Origin: Nemertoderma westbladi
Taxonomy: Eukaryota > Animalia > Xenacoelomorpha
Reading direction: 5' to 3'
DNA: 64,000 nucleotides
NCBI GenBank assembly: GCA_032718475.1
Contig: JAUCBJ010000066.1
Coordinates: 1 to 64,000 of the forward strand
In this document: positions 23,923 through 35,135 of the stretch, in pieces
How positions within the stretch are numbered: position 1 is the stretch's first letter
Layout: the number at the start of each line of letters is the position of its first letter
The notes under the pieces: generated by a model
Database searches by the model: none
What the model saw: the letters and a program-made list of their open reading frames with translations, nothing else
Told to the model about the DNA's origin: nothing
Program-made: the position numbers and the translations under genes

Positions 23923-25773
23923 TATGGTCTAACAGTCAGTTCAGTAGTCACATGGTCAGACAGTCAGTTAGTCCGTAGTCACTCTATAACCAAAAAAATT
24001 AGGCAGTCAAGCAATAGGTACCGGTATGCAGCTGTATCTGTAGTGTAACAGTGATATGGAGTGCTGGGTACGAGACAGGTGGGAGCTGCAGACAACCGAC
24101 AGCAGACAACCGGCAGCAGACAACCGATAGCAGACAAATTAATGGCATTATAATTAATTACTTAGTAGAATTTCCCATCATCTCCCTATGTGGAGTAGAC
24201 CTACTTCAAGTAACTATAGTGACCAAAGTTTATAATATATAGTATAGTATATAATAAGCAGACCGAATAGTAACAGGTAAACAATAAACATAGTTACTAT
24301 ATTATAAATGATGAAACAAAACAGAATGTAATATTTTGATTGGTTACATGGTAACTGCCAATCCATTTTTATATCACCACCATTTAAAATATAGATGGTA
24401 TTATGGACAATATGTGGCGTGTCATCTAGAAAGAACAACCAACATACATACATACATACATACATACATTAGGTTGCTGTCAAACATGTAAACTGACATC
24501 GGAAATTAAATCAGCAACCAGAATAACCCTCATAACAAAACCTTTAGCTAGGTGAAATGCTTTCCCTATATTTTGACAGACAGACAGACAAACCGACAGA
24601 CAGACATAATAGACTTCGCTAAAAATGAAAACTGACGTCGAAAATGAAAATGAAATCAGCGACCAGGAAATCCCCTAACACCTTTAGCTACCGGAACCGG
24701 TAGGATGAATGCTTTTGTTATGTTTTGACAAACAAACCTTCAGAAACACAATCCCAGTCGGGTAGTTTTCACAGACTCAGAGTATCTTACTCAGAGTAAA
24801 GATAACATGATCACTTATAATAACTTTTGAACTACATTAGCTATTAACAAGAGGTTTGAATTTTGAATTCCTCATAAATATCTGCACCAGGAATGATAAT
24901 TCTACTTTTTTTCGGTATTGATAAACCCTTCACTTAAGCTCCTAAAACTTTAACTGCGTTGTTATTTACAAAATGCACAATTTGCAGTAAAAACTACATT
25001 TTAAGATGTATTTCTGATTCCATGGTAACCAGATCTGTTAAATAACAACTATAAAATGAGCAATTTAGTGAATAAAACTGTTAATAAACTGTTTTGTGTT
25101 CTTATAAAATAAATGAATAGTGTACATTATTTAAGATAATGAACTATCTTTAATACCGCAATAAGATTCTTTAAAACACTTCCAATAATTGAAAAAATAT
25201 CACTAATACTTAACTTGTACTTGAAGAATACTCACCGTCCATAACACAGCAGTTACTGTTAGATTATTGCAAGGTCATGTTACTTGACGATTACTGGCTA
25301 TCAAATTAACCAATAATATAGCAGTGATATTAGTACCCATCTTTACACTTCCAATAATTTAAAGATCAAATTACTTAAATGCTCTTAGCTGCCTAACACG
25401 CAACAGAAAGACTGGTACAGTTAAGCAATTGCATTACTGTGTTTGTAACAAGCTCCTTTTACTATCCAATTCTCTAATTGGGCCTCCGGTATGGGACTCC
25501 TGATTGAATGTAATGCATTCAACAGTACTGCATGGGCCTAGCGATGTAAAAAAAAATGTGACACAGTGTACTGTATATTCTCTGTAGGTAGGTTCTTGCC
25601 CATGTCACCGGTGGTATCATTAGATATAGAGTTTGTATCGCTGGCTGGACCTATGTCTAAGTTGTCTACTGTCGGTTTTATACTGTAAGTTGTCTGCTGT
25701 CGATTGTCTGCTATCGTTTGTATGCTTGTACGTTTGTTGCTATCTTCTTCAATTAGTTCATTAACTATTTTAG

Positions 25774-27531
25774 GTGCGCGTTTGCGACGCTTGTTACGAC
25801 ATGTTGAATCCGTCATCTTCATCCTCCAAGTCGTCGTCCGACGAAACCGGTCTGCCCCCGGAGTACATCGCGTCGTCGCTGAGCAAAGAGACCCAGCAAC
25901 CCAAACAGCGGACCGAGGCCGAGTGCAAGGAGGAGGAGGAGTTGCAACTCGCGTTGGCGCTGTCCATGGACGAGAAAGAGAACCGCGATATAATCCTAGC
26001 GGAGCGTCACGGCGAGACCAAGTCAACGCCGCCACCCCCTCCGGTGTCTTCCAACTCGATCTATTCCTCCGGGCCGCAGCTCCCATTGTCTATGGGCGGC
26101 GGCGAAGAGGACATGGACCCAGAGTTGGCGCGCTACCTCAACCGCTCCTACTGGGACCAAAAGCAGACTCTGTCTGGTGCTGCTCCCAGCGCCCCCTTGC
26201 AAACACCTCCGGTTTCCGTGACTGCGACCCCCGCAGACAGCCTCAGCTCGCAGCCATCAGAGAAGGTCGAGGAGCCGTTCCAGAACGGTGAGCTCGATGA
26301 GGATTCCGACCATCTTTTAGTGGAAACGCTACGAAGCCAAATCGAGATCTTTATGAACCGGATGAAGAGTTGCGAGATGCGATCTCGATCGATCATCCAT
26401 GACAACAGCATCCAGACGTTGTTCCAATCGCTTACGTCGCTGCACCCACGACTGATGACGGCGATGCATCAGCTTACCGACCAGCGGGAGGCGTTGGAGG
26501 ACATGCAGGACCGACTGGCGCAGGTGCGGGACGCGCGCGGGGCGCTGGACTCCTTGCGACAGGACCACGAGGAGCGTCGACGCCGGGAGGAGGACGAACG
26601 GAACCGGGTCAAACAGGTCGAGATGATGAAGAAACTCGATGTTATGCGGAAGGAGAAGGCCGAGTACCTCGAGTACCAACGTCAGGTTGCGATGCAAAGG
26701 TTGCAGGATCAGGAGCGGGAGTTACAAGCCAGGATACAAGCGCAGAAGCAGCAACAGCTGGCCAAGCAGTTGCAACAGCAGCAGATAGGCGCGCAACTCG
26801 CACAGTACGGGCCCTCGGGTGGGTACACGGAGCCGTACCAGTACGGGTACCCCGGGGACTCCCCGAGTCATCGACCGACTCAGTTCCCGGGCCAGTACGC
26901 CGGCGGCGCCGAGGGTAACCCCCCGGTGACGGGCTACCCGGGGGTATCACCCTACCCAGGGGGGCCCTCCATCCCTCCCGTACATCACGGTAACGCGATG
27001 GTAATTGGCCCCAATCCGCAGTCCAACCCCGCGATGATGCACCCCCAGGATCCCGTGTCTACCAACCCTATTGGTCCTGTTGTTCCCAACCACACACCCC
27101 AACAGTCTGGTTATTCCTCCCCGGCCCACCTCCCCGCTACTTCGGGGTACGAGAGTGTCCCACCGGGGCAACTTCAGTACAGAGACGCAGCACCCCCACT
27201 CGCTCCAGCCCCTTACAACCAACCAACATCTTACCAAAACACACAGCAACCCGCACCATATTCCAGCATCCAACAACCAGCTTCATACCAAGATGTCCAA
27301 CAACCTTCTTCCTATTCGAACAGCCAGCAACCCATTCCTTACCCGAGCTCTGAGGGCCCATCTGTTTACATGAACCCGACCCCCCAGCAACCTGCGCCAT
27401 ATACAACCAACCATCCGGCATCCTATGGGGACGCACAGCCCCAGACTCTGTCGTACAGTGGCGGACGTCAGACCCAGTCTGGCCCGCCAGCCACTCAGCA
27501 AGCTGGGCCGCTGATATCATTTGATGATTAA
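25774..27531 (+). CDS. HGS: HGS/Hrs exon 2 (FYVE end, UIM, PSAP, coiled coil, P/Q-rich region, clathrin box)
   Basis: Acceptor TTTTAG|GTG completes KE|VRVCDAC. EEEELQLALALS UIM, PELARYLNRSYW, APSAP, C-terminal LISFDD. Confidence 0.96.
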   Translation: MRVCDACYDMLNPSSSSSKSSSDETGLPPEYIASSLSKETQQPKQRTEAECKEEEELQLALALSMDEKENRDIILAERHGETKSTPPPPPVSSNSIYSSGPQLPLSMGGGEEDMDPELARYLNRSYWDQKQTLSGAAPSAPLQTPPVSVTATPADSLSSQPSEKVEEPFQNGELDEDSDHLLVETLRSQIEIFMNRMKSCEMRSRSIIHDNSIQTLFQSLTSLHPRLMTAMHQLTDQREALEDMQDRLAQVRDARGALDSLRQDHEERRRREEDERNRVKQVEMMKKLDVMRKEKAEYLEYQRQVAMQRLQDQERELQARIQAQKQQQLAKQLQQQQIGAQLAQYGPSGGYTEPYQYGYPGDSPSHRPTQFPGQYAGGAEGNPPVTGYPGVSPYPGGPSIPPVHHGNAMVIGPNPQSNPAMMHPQDPVSTNPIGPVVPNHTPQQSGYSSPAHLPATSGYESVPPGQLQYRDAAPPLAPAPYNQPTSYQNTQQPAPYSSIQQPASYQDVQQPSSYSNSQQPIPYPSSEGPSVYMNPTPQQPAPYTTNHPASYGDAQPQTLSYSGGRQTQSGPPATQQAGPLISFDD

Positions 27532-28103
27532 ATGTATTTGTTTCACAAACTACCGATGCACCGATCAGGCGGTGTGCGTCCAGGCAGGCGTTTTGTTTGT
27601 GTTAATTAAAACGCCCGTTTAACAGTACTGTGCTTAGAACTGAGTATAGAGTCGTCAATAATGCAAAATCATTAATATCGGGTCACTTTCAATATCGTAT
27701 TCAAACGGTTTACTTACTGGACTGATACATAAACAAACATGTTTATGAGTAATATTAACATAAAAAAATGTTCGTGTTTTTTTTTTGTAAGCAAATACCA
27801 TAGTTTATATTATCTTAGATAATTTGTTATTAAATAGAATGCGATGCTCTAGAATAACTGTACTATTAGCGGGGTGATTAGCGAAACAGCTGTTACTGTG
27901 CACTAATTAATTCTCATTAATTTTGGCGTTTACACACAACGGGTACACGGACACGGTATATAAGTATTAATTATGATACCGGTATGCGTTAGCTCTCGCC
28001 AAAGGTTCACCCCCAGTCTTTTTTTTCATCAGATTTTTTATGTGTTTTGAGGGTTGAGGCTGTAAAATTTTATGGTGATTCCTAATCTGAAATCAGATTT
28101 TCG

Positions 28104-28982
28104 ATAAGTTGTTTCGTTCTCGAGTTATGGAAACATTTGTAATTTTCACCAAAAATTTGAAAAATTTTAATTTTGGTGCAGCACCACATTTGACACCAAA
28201 AAGACCATCAAACACCCAGAAATTTCGAAATATTTTGCCATCTTCGGAATCAGCGCCGAAAATTTGCCAATAGGTATCAAAACCAAAAAAGAAGATCATT
28301 TTTGAAAAAATTTTAAAAAATTTCACTTTTGGTGCATGTTTGGTCAGTTGTAATAAGGACAAATTAGGAGAAACAAATATTTCTCGTGTTGGCTTTTTTC
28401 GGACACTTTCTCTATCAACCTTATAACTACTTATCCGATTTTCGTTCTGTTTGCAGAATTAAGTAGAGGAATATTCAGCGCAAAAATTGTGTTGACAGAA
28501 TTTTGCAATTTTGTTTCAAAAAAAGTTATGGCATTTAACTAGTAATGGAAAAATACAAAATTTCGCGATTTTTACACAAAAAATGCCATAACTTATTTTT
28601 AAACAAAATTTCCAAATTCTGTCAACACAATTTTTGCGCGGAATATTCCTCTACATAATTCTGCAAACAGAACGAAAATCGGTTGAGAAGGTAAAGAGTA
28701 GATAGAGAAAGTGTCCCAAAAAAGCCAATGCGAGAAAAATGACATTTAATCTTTGTCCCTGTTCTAATTTTAAATTTTTAAAAATTGATCTTGGCGTTTG
28801 CGGTTTTGATCCTAGGCGAATTTTTGGCGCTGATTCCGAAAATGACAAAATATTTCGGAATTTCTAGGAGGTGTTTGAATCTCTGTTTTGGTGTCAAATG
28901 TGGTGCTGCACCAAAATTAAAAATTTTCAACTTTTGTATGAAAATTACAAAAGTTGCCATAACTGGAGAACAAAACAACTTA
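28104..28982. repeat. About 880-bp imperfect palindrome (foldback/MITE-like)
   Basis: TTTTGGTGCAGCACCACATTTGACACCAAA (about 28170) vs its inverse (about 28890); CGATTTTCGTTCTGTTTGCAGAATT...TGTGTTGACAGAATTT vs inverse at about 28612-28682; centre about 28560. Confidence 0.85.
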
Positions 28983-29884
28983 ACGTTGTTTGATAAAACA
29001 AAAAATCCAAAATATTTAATGGAAAATATTAAATATGTTAAATCTGAAAGTATGTTTGCCAATGGTAGGAAGTCTTGTAATGTCCCGGTAACCATTCCAA
29101 TTCCAATAGTCGGTCACAGCAGTCGTGATTGCCAATCTATGCTCAAAATACTAGGTTTTTGGTGTAAAAACAATTTCAACAAAATCAACTGAAAAACAGT
29201 TGATTTTGGCTAATCAACTCGAGGTATTTAATGTACAACTCTGACAATATTCGGTAAACTGTTGTTTTTAACTTTTACTTTTGGATTACAATGGTATCGA
29301 ATTGGTTAGCTGCCTGCTGCATATCGATATTGTGTGTTATCAAATAGTAAGTCTCTTTCGCTATTGATATTTACTCCTTAAATGTATTTATTTATTATAT
29401 TGTTTATCCTTTTGAACTAATTAATTAATAATTAATAATATTATTGTAATGTATCCTGGTATCGTAAATATATTATTTATGTTTTTTTAATAGTTTTTTT
29501 TTCTCTGTATTTCGAACGTAGGATTCATGTCATTGTTACGATCAATTTACAAACGCGCCTTAATTCAATCTCATTCTCGGTAGTATCATACGGCCTAAAA
29601 CCCAGCACCATACTACTGGTACGACCTGACAGTGATGAGTCTTGCCAATCATAGAAATGATTACCGTGTGCATGACGGGGGTAAAGGTGTTGGTTGTCAG
29701 CCTTTGACATTCGTCAAACCTTTGCTAAAATACAATTGTATTGCTCCAGAAAGCAAAGACCAATCAATAGCCAACATATTTCAATCTGCCGTATGGGGTT
29801 GGTACACCACAACCTACAAAGTAATCCAAAGGGTAATGTTGTGTGCAGCTAAACTAGCTCTGAATATTTACTTGCCTGAAAACT

Positions 29885-30443
29885 TAGATACAGATAGTCG
29901 GTAGCCAATAAGCCGACATAGATACAGATAGTCGGTACCCAATAAGCCGACATAGATACAGATAGTCGGTACCCAATAAGCCGACATAGATACAGATATT
30001 CGGTACCCAATAAGCCGACATAGATACAGATAGTCGGTGCACAATAAGCCGACATAGATACAGATAGTCGGTACCCAATAAGCCGACATAGATACAGATA
30101 GTCGGTACCCAATAAGCCGACATAGATACAGATAGTCGGTACCCAATAAGCCGACATAGATACAGATAGTCGGTACCCAATAAGCCGACATAGATACAGA
30201 TAGTCGGTACACAATAAGCCGACATAGATACAGATAGTCGGTACCCAATAAGCCGACATAGATACAGATAGTCGGTACACAATAAGCCGACATAGATACA
30301 GATAGTCGGTGCACAATAAGCCGACATAGATACAGATAGTCGGTACCCAATAAGCCGACATAGATACAGATAGTCTGTACCCAATAAGCCGACATAGATA
30401 CAGATAGTCGGTACCCAATAAGCCGACATAGATACAGATAGTC
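29885..30443. repeat. 34-bp minisatellite, about 16.5 highly homogeneous units
   Basis: TAGATACAGATAGTCGGTACCCAATAAGCCGACA in tandem, with no spacers. Confidence 0.95.
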
Positions 30444-30451
30444 ATTTAAGG

Positions 30452-30660
30452 ATTAAGTATTTAGAGCAGCAGTACTACCACTACTCCTCGGGGAGAGCAG
30501 CCTGTGTCCTATCTTGTGCTTTGGCAGCCACAAGGAAAAATTAAGCATGGTGGACCTGGACAGCCCAGGACTTACTTGAGACGCCTAAAGGACACTGGCC
30601 TTAGAAAGCGCATGGAGGATAGGGAGTTGCGTTGGTGCAATTTTTTCGATAAGCCAGCAT
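30452..30660 (+). mobile_element. Degenerate fragment of the RTE-like LINE 3' region
   Basis: Patchy match to 41550-41980 (TATTTAGAGCAGCAGTA, AAGCATGGTGGAC, ACACTGGCCTT, GATAGGGAGTTG). Confidence 0.65.
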
Positions 30661-31258
30661 ATCATTAATGCACGGTGTATTGGAGCCAATTGTGGATTGC
30701 ATGGTGGTGGCCAAAATATTTTTGTTAGGCTCGCATGTTTCAATGCAGCAGGCCGATTAAGGTAGTTAGTAGCAGAGTAGCCGACAGATTCAATATGCTA
30801 TAAATAATGGTATCAACTTGGCAATGCCTATTTAGTATTGCTGATCGAGAGCTGTCGATGTGTTTCGTTCAAGAGGCGACTGGTTGTGGTGGTGTGGCCG
30901 ATATTGGAAATCAAATTGTCTTAGTTATTAATTATTATGGCCAAATAAATATTTTGCGCAGCTTTCCACAATGCCCATTTTTCGTTTTCATGTTAACATG
31001 ATTCCAGTAAACTGATTTACGATTCACATTTAATACTTAAGCATCCTTCCGCAACACCATACAACCACGGCTGCAATAGAGATTATATATAATTAACCAT
31101 TATTATTTATTGTATGTCAGTAACAGATTGTGGGAATTTCATTTATTGCACTACAAACGAAAGCAATATAATCTGTATTTGATTGCTTCTTTTTATAAAG
31201 TGACTCCAGAGTGAAATTAGATCGTAACGCATTATATGTTCGACTTGATTATATTTCT

Positions 31259-32409
31259 TTACTTTAGTAGAAAGGGTTTGGTAACTTTTCCCAAGAACAG
31301 CAGAATTTCGTTTCGTATGTCTCGAATAGCGAACAGAAAAGGACGAGTTGCATAGAAAGGAGGCTCTTTATCGAGATCGACCTCAGTGTTCGTCTCATCC
31401 GAACAAGTAACAGTATCATCAGCATCATCACCCCAAGTTCGTTGACTTGCACCAAGGTTTTGTGAATAATACCATCGACACACAGGCCGTCAGAGGTGGT
31501 CGCTTCCGATAAATCGCAAATCCCCTTCGAAAACAGATCAGGCATCCCCATTGCCGAAAGGGTTTCACTGAAACTGAAATAATCTTCCACTTGAAACTTT
31601 GGGATATGAACATCCAATTTCGTTGATTTAAATCCTTTGAACACCCTATTTAATAATTTGCTACTCAGGTTGGCCTCCAAATCGTCGATTCTCTCAAACG
31701 GCATCATAAATATCATCGAAATATCATTTCCTTTGTAGGGCATCTCTAAGACTGCGAGGTCGTTGTCTCGATATAAGTTAAAATTCACGTCTCTCATTTC
31801 CATGAACATCGCATCGACCACACCTTCACTGTCTGTAATGAATTTACCTTTCTTGGTGTTCTGGGCGAAGAATTGTTGTTCCCAATCTCCCTTGAAGTAC
31901 AAGGCGTTTACCAGTACCAAATTGGTGTGAGAATTGAGAACGTCCCCGCCAATTACATTCTTTATCTTATCCTTCGTCATAGATTCCACCCATTTATTGA
32001 TCAATAATCGAACTTTTTCAGAAGACGCTTGAAAGTCGACTTTCTCTAACTCAGAACCGTACTGCTCTTTGGTTAGCTGTAGATATTCATCTTTGATCGG
32101 ATAATCCTGTAGCACGTAAAGCTTATTAGCTCCATCGAGAGTGTAGGGCTTTTCATCTCTATAAAGATAGTTTTGTATTGCCTGAATAGCGTTGTGTATT
32201 TCGTCATCTTTTAGGTCTTTGTAATGGAGAACTTTTCTCATCTGTTGTTTAGTTGCCCCTGCAGTGCCACCAAATGTCATTGATAGCGCCGTTGTCAGAC
32301 TCAATGGACTGATCAGAATGTTGGTATCGGATTTATCCTTTATTATCTCCTTGTACAGATCGATAGCGAAACTGGTGATTGATCGACTAATCTTAGGTAC
32401 GCATTCCAT
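31259..32409 (-). CDS. Intronless intracellular-type serpin with a frameshift at the hinge (pseudogene or assembly indel)
   Basis: NILISPLSL, INKWVESMTKDKI, LVLVNALYFKGDW, IPKF, IHKTLVQVNELG. The conserved C-terminus FYATRPFLFAIRD...LLFLGKVTKP is in a different frame (31259-31483 ORF), switching at the C4 run 31431-31434. Confidence 0.9.
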
Positions 32410-32632
32410 TGTTAGCCAAATATAACTAATAGTTTAGGTATTGAATTAGTTGTCTTAGACACAAAATTAACATAAATTACTGCAATGTGGAAACTCACAT
32501 AATAATATACAAATAGGCATATTATTTGGGTATTACGCCCCCCCCCCCCCCCCCTTCCCACTTTCATTGAAAATTTGAACTGTACTTTATTATAATTTTT
32601 TTGTTAAATACCATTTGTAGGTATGTAAAGAC

Positions 32633-33890
32633 ACGAAGTGGGGCCTTCGCGCAGCACGTGAAATGAGTTAATGCTAAGTATCAACTCGAAAGGATTATAA
32701 AAACATAGGAGAAGATTTTCCCGGAAAACGTTAACCCTCTAGCGGGAGACTGGGTAACTGAAGAAGGAAGGATTAGTTTCCCTACAAAGCCACAGCCTAT
32801 GGTCTATTACATATCTACCAAGTTTCCGATTGACGGATCATAAATAACGAAATGTTGGAAGGTTTTCACTTTCATACATTTAGCCCTCTAGCGGCATATT
32901 AAAGAACTACGGATCGATCACCTTCCTCACAAAGACGAGGCGTGTGGTCTAGTACATACCGGTACTGTATATTCCAAAATTCAGCTTAAATAGATTAAGA
33001 TCAAGGAATTCGCGAAGGTTATCACTTTCCTACATTTCGCCCTCTAGCGGCAGACTCGAAAACTCCGGACCGATTACTGTCCACACAAAGACTTAGGATG
33101 TCTTCTAGTACATATATGACAAGTTTCAGCTTGATCAGATCATAAATAACTAAATGGAAGAATAATTTCACATTCGGGACATTTCGCCCTCTAGCGGCAG
33201 ACTGGAGAACTGCAGACAGATTAGCCTCCTTTGAAATTTACAGCTAATGGTCTAGTACATACTTCCCAAGTTTCAGCTTAAACGGATTAAAAGCAAAGAA
33301 ATGGGTGGCCATTTAATGTTTAGACATGTGGCCCTCTACCGGCAGACTGGAAAACTTCGGACCGATTACAACCCACACAAAGACTCAGGATGTCATCTAG
33401 TACATATATGACAAGTTTCAGCGTAATCAGATCATAAACAACTAAATGGAAGAATAATTTCACATTCGGGACATTTCGCCCTCTAGCGGCAGACTGGAGA
33501 ACTGCAGACAGATTAGCCTCCTTTGAAATTTACAGCTAATGGTCTAGTACATACTTCCCAAGTTTCAGCTTAAACGGATTAAAAGCAAAGAAATGGGTGG
33601 CCATTTAATGTTTAGACATGTGGCCCTCTAGCGGGAGACCATTGCACTGATGGTGTCTGAAAGTCTCTCAAAAATCTCAACTTTTGCTCATATTGATACC
33701 TACAAATTTTCAACTTGGCAGCTTTAAATCCGACAAAGTTATTAGCATGTCAAAATCGTAACGACGACGACAACGACGACGACGACAACGACGACGACGA
33801 CGACGACGACAACTATTTGCATAAATTGACCCACCCCCTAACACTGTCAATTCGCTAAGGCTCCGCCAACTTCGTGGCTCGCCCCACATA
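32633..33890 (+). mobile_element. DINE-1/Helentron-like non-autonomous element with about 147-bp internal tandem repeats and (ACG)n
   Basis: Seven units marked by CCCTCTASCGG, with a 292-bp dimeric higher-order repeat; (ACG)n at 33761-33812; ends shared with 12018-12385. Confidence 0.6.
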
Positions 33891-34039
33891 AATGATATGT
33901 TGGTCCAGTTTTGCTAGAATTCCATATATCCGTATTCGTATCCTATTCGATATATTTTTATTATTAATAACACTTTTAAAATTCATCTAGAAAAGTGAAA
34001 AAAGTTATAACAAGTAATAAATAGTAATACAACAAGTAA

Positions 34040-34320
34040 TAAACATACAATATTGCAATGTTCTAGAGTTAATATACATACAATATTGCAATGTTCTAGA
34101 GTTAATATACGGAAATAATAACATGAAGCGAATAAAACTGAATAATCACTGATGCTGTTCCCGAAGCAAATTAACCTGTATAATTACCGAGGCCGTAGGC
34201 CGAGGTTATTATATTAGGTTAATTTGCTGAAGGATAAGGCAGAAGTGATTATTACAGTTTTATTCGCTGAAGGTTATTAGTTCCGTATATTAACTCTTGA
34301 ACATTGCAATATTGTGTTTA
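34040..34320. repeat. About 280-bp palindromic non-autonomous element centred on CCGAGGCCGTAGGCCGAGG
   Basis: CAATATTGCAATGTTCTAGAGTTAATATACGGAA ... TTCCGTATATTAACTCTTGAACATTGCAATATTG arms. Confidence 0.8.
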
Positions 34321-35097
34321 TTGTTAATTTGAGCATATTGAACGAACAACATGACAGCATACTGTACTTTGTATTTTTAAGGATCGTGTCCTAAAACAAA
34401 CATTAATCGCTCCTAATAACATCGCTCCAGAGGTCGTGGGGTTCTACCCCTGCAGGCGCGCCAGGATAGTTTTCGTTTTGGCACAAATGCTTTAAAGGTA
34501 CTAACCAAACCAGGGCGCATATATGTTTTGTTAATTAAATGGTCGTTAAATGAGTACCAGTTATCTCTTTGCCTGTAAGCAGTATAGTTCTGTGGGTTCT
34601 ATACTGGAAATGAGTGGTGAGACCTTCTTTTCTATTTTTCGTACTTGTTACAAGGAGGTCTCCTTGTTTTTTTTTCGTTTCCGCACTCATTGCCTCTAAC
34701 ATAAGGTAAGGACGACCGAATCGGTGCAACTACTGTATATTTTTTTCATTATCTATTTAATAAATTGTTGCAGAAATTACGTTATTTTATTTTCTTCAAT
34801 TCTAGACTCTTTTCACTGTTAAATTCATAAAGATAAAGCCAACTTTACTATGGATATTCATAATAATAATACGATTTGTTGGTATTTTTTAAAACACTAG
34901 CTACTGTACCATTTTTATGAATACACTAACTATATACCATTGAAAACACTAGCTACCATAAAAATTCAACATGTACCGAGTCGGAAATGTATTATGTTCC
35001 AGAACATAAATCAACATCCAAAACAGCTATAAAACAGTTATACGTTACAGTTATACTAATATAGTTATTATGTTATGGTGACACGGGTTACACTAGT

Positions 35098-35135
<38 letters not shown>

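Noticed and set aside
29849-30445. CRISPR array or repeat protein
   Set aside because: Head-to-tail 34-bp units without spacers; the three ORFs are phase-shifted versions of the same repeat.
31420-31445. Programmed frameshift in the serpin
   Set aside because: No X XXY YYZ heptamer or clear stimulatory structure; a homopolymer indel is simpler.
34420-34465. tRNA gene
   Set aside because: Only a degenerate T-arm/B-box-like segment; no cloverleaf. The same applies to 44975-45010 on the minus strand.
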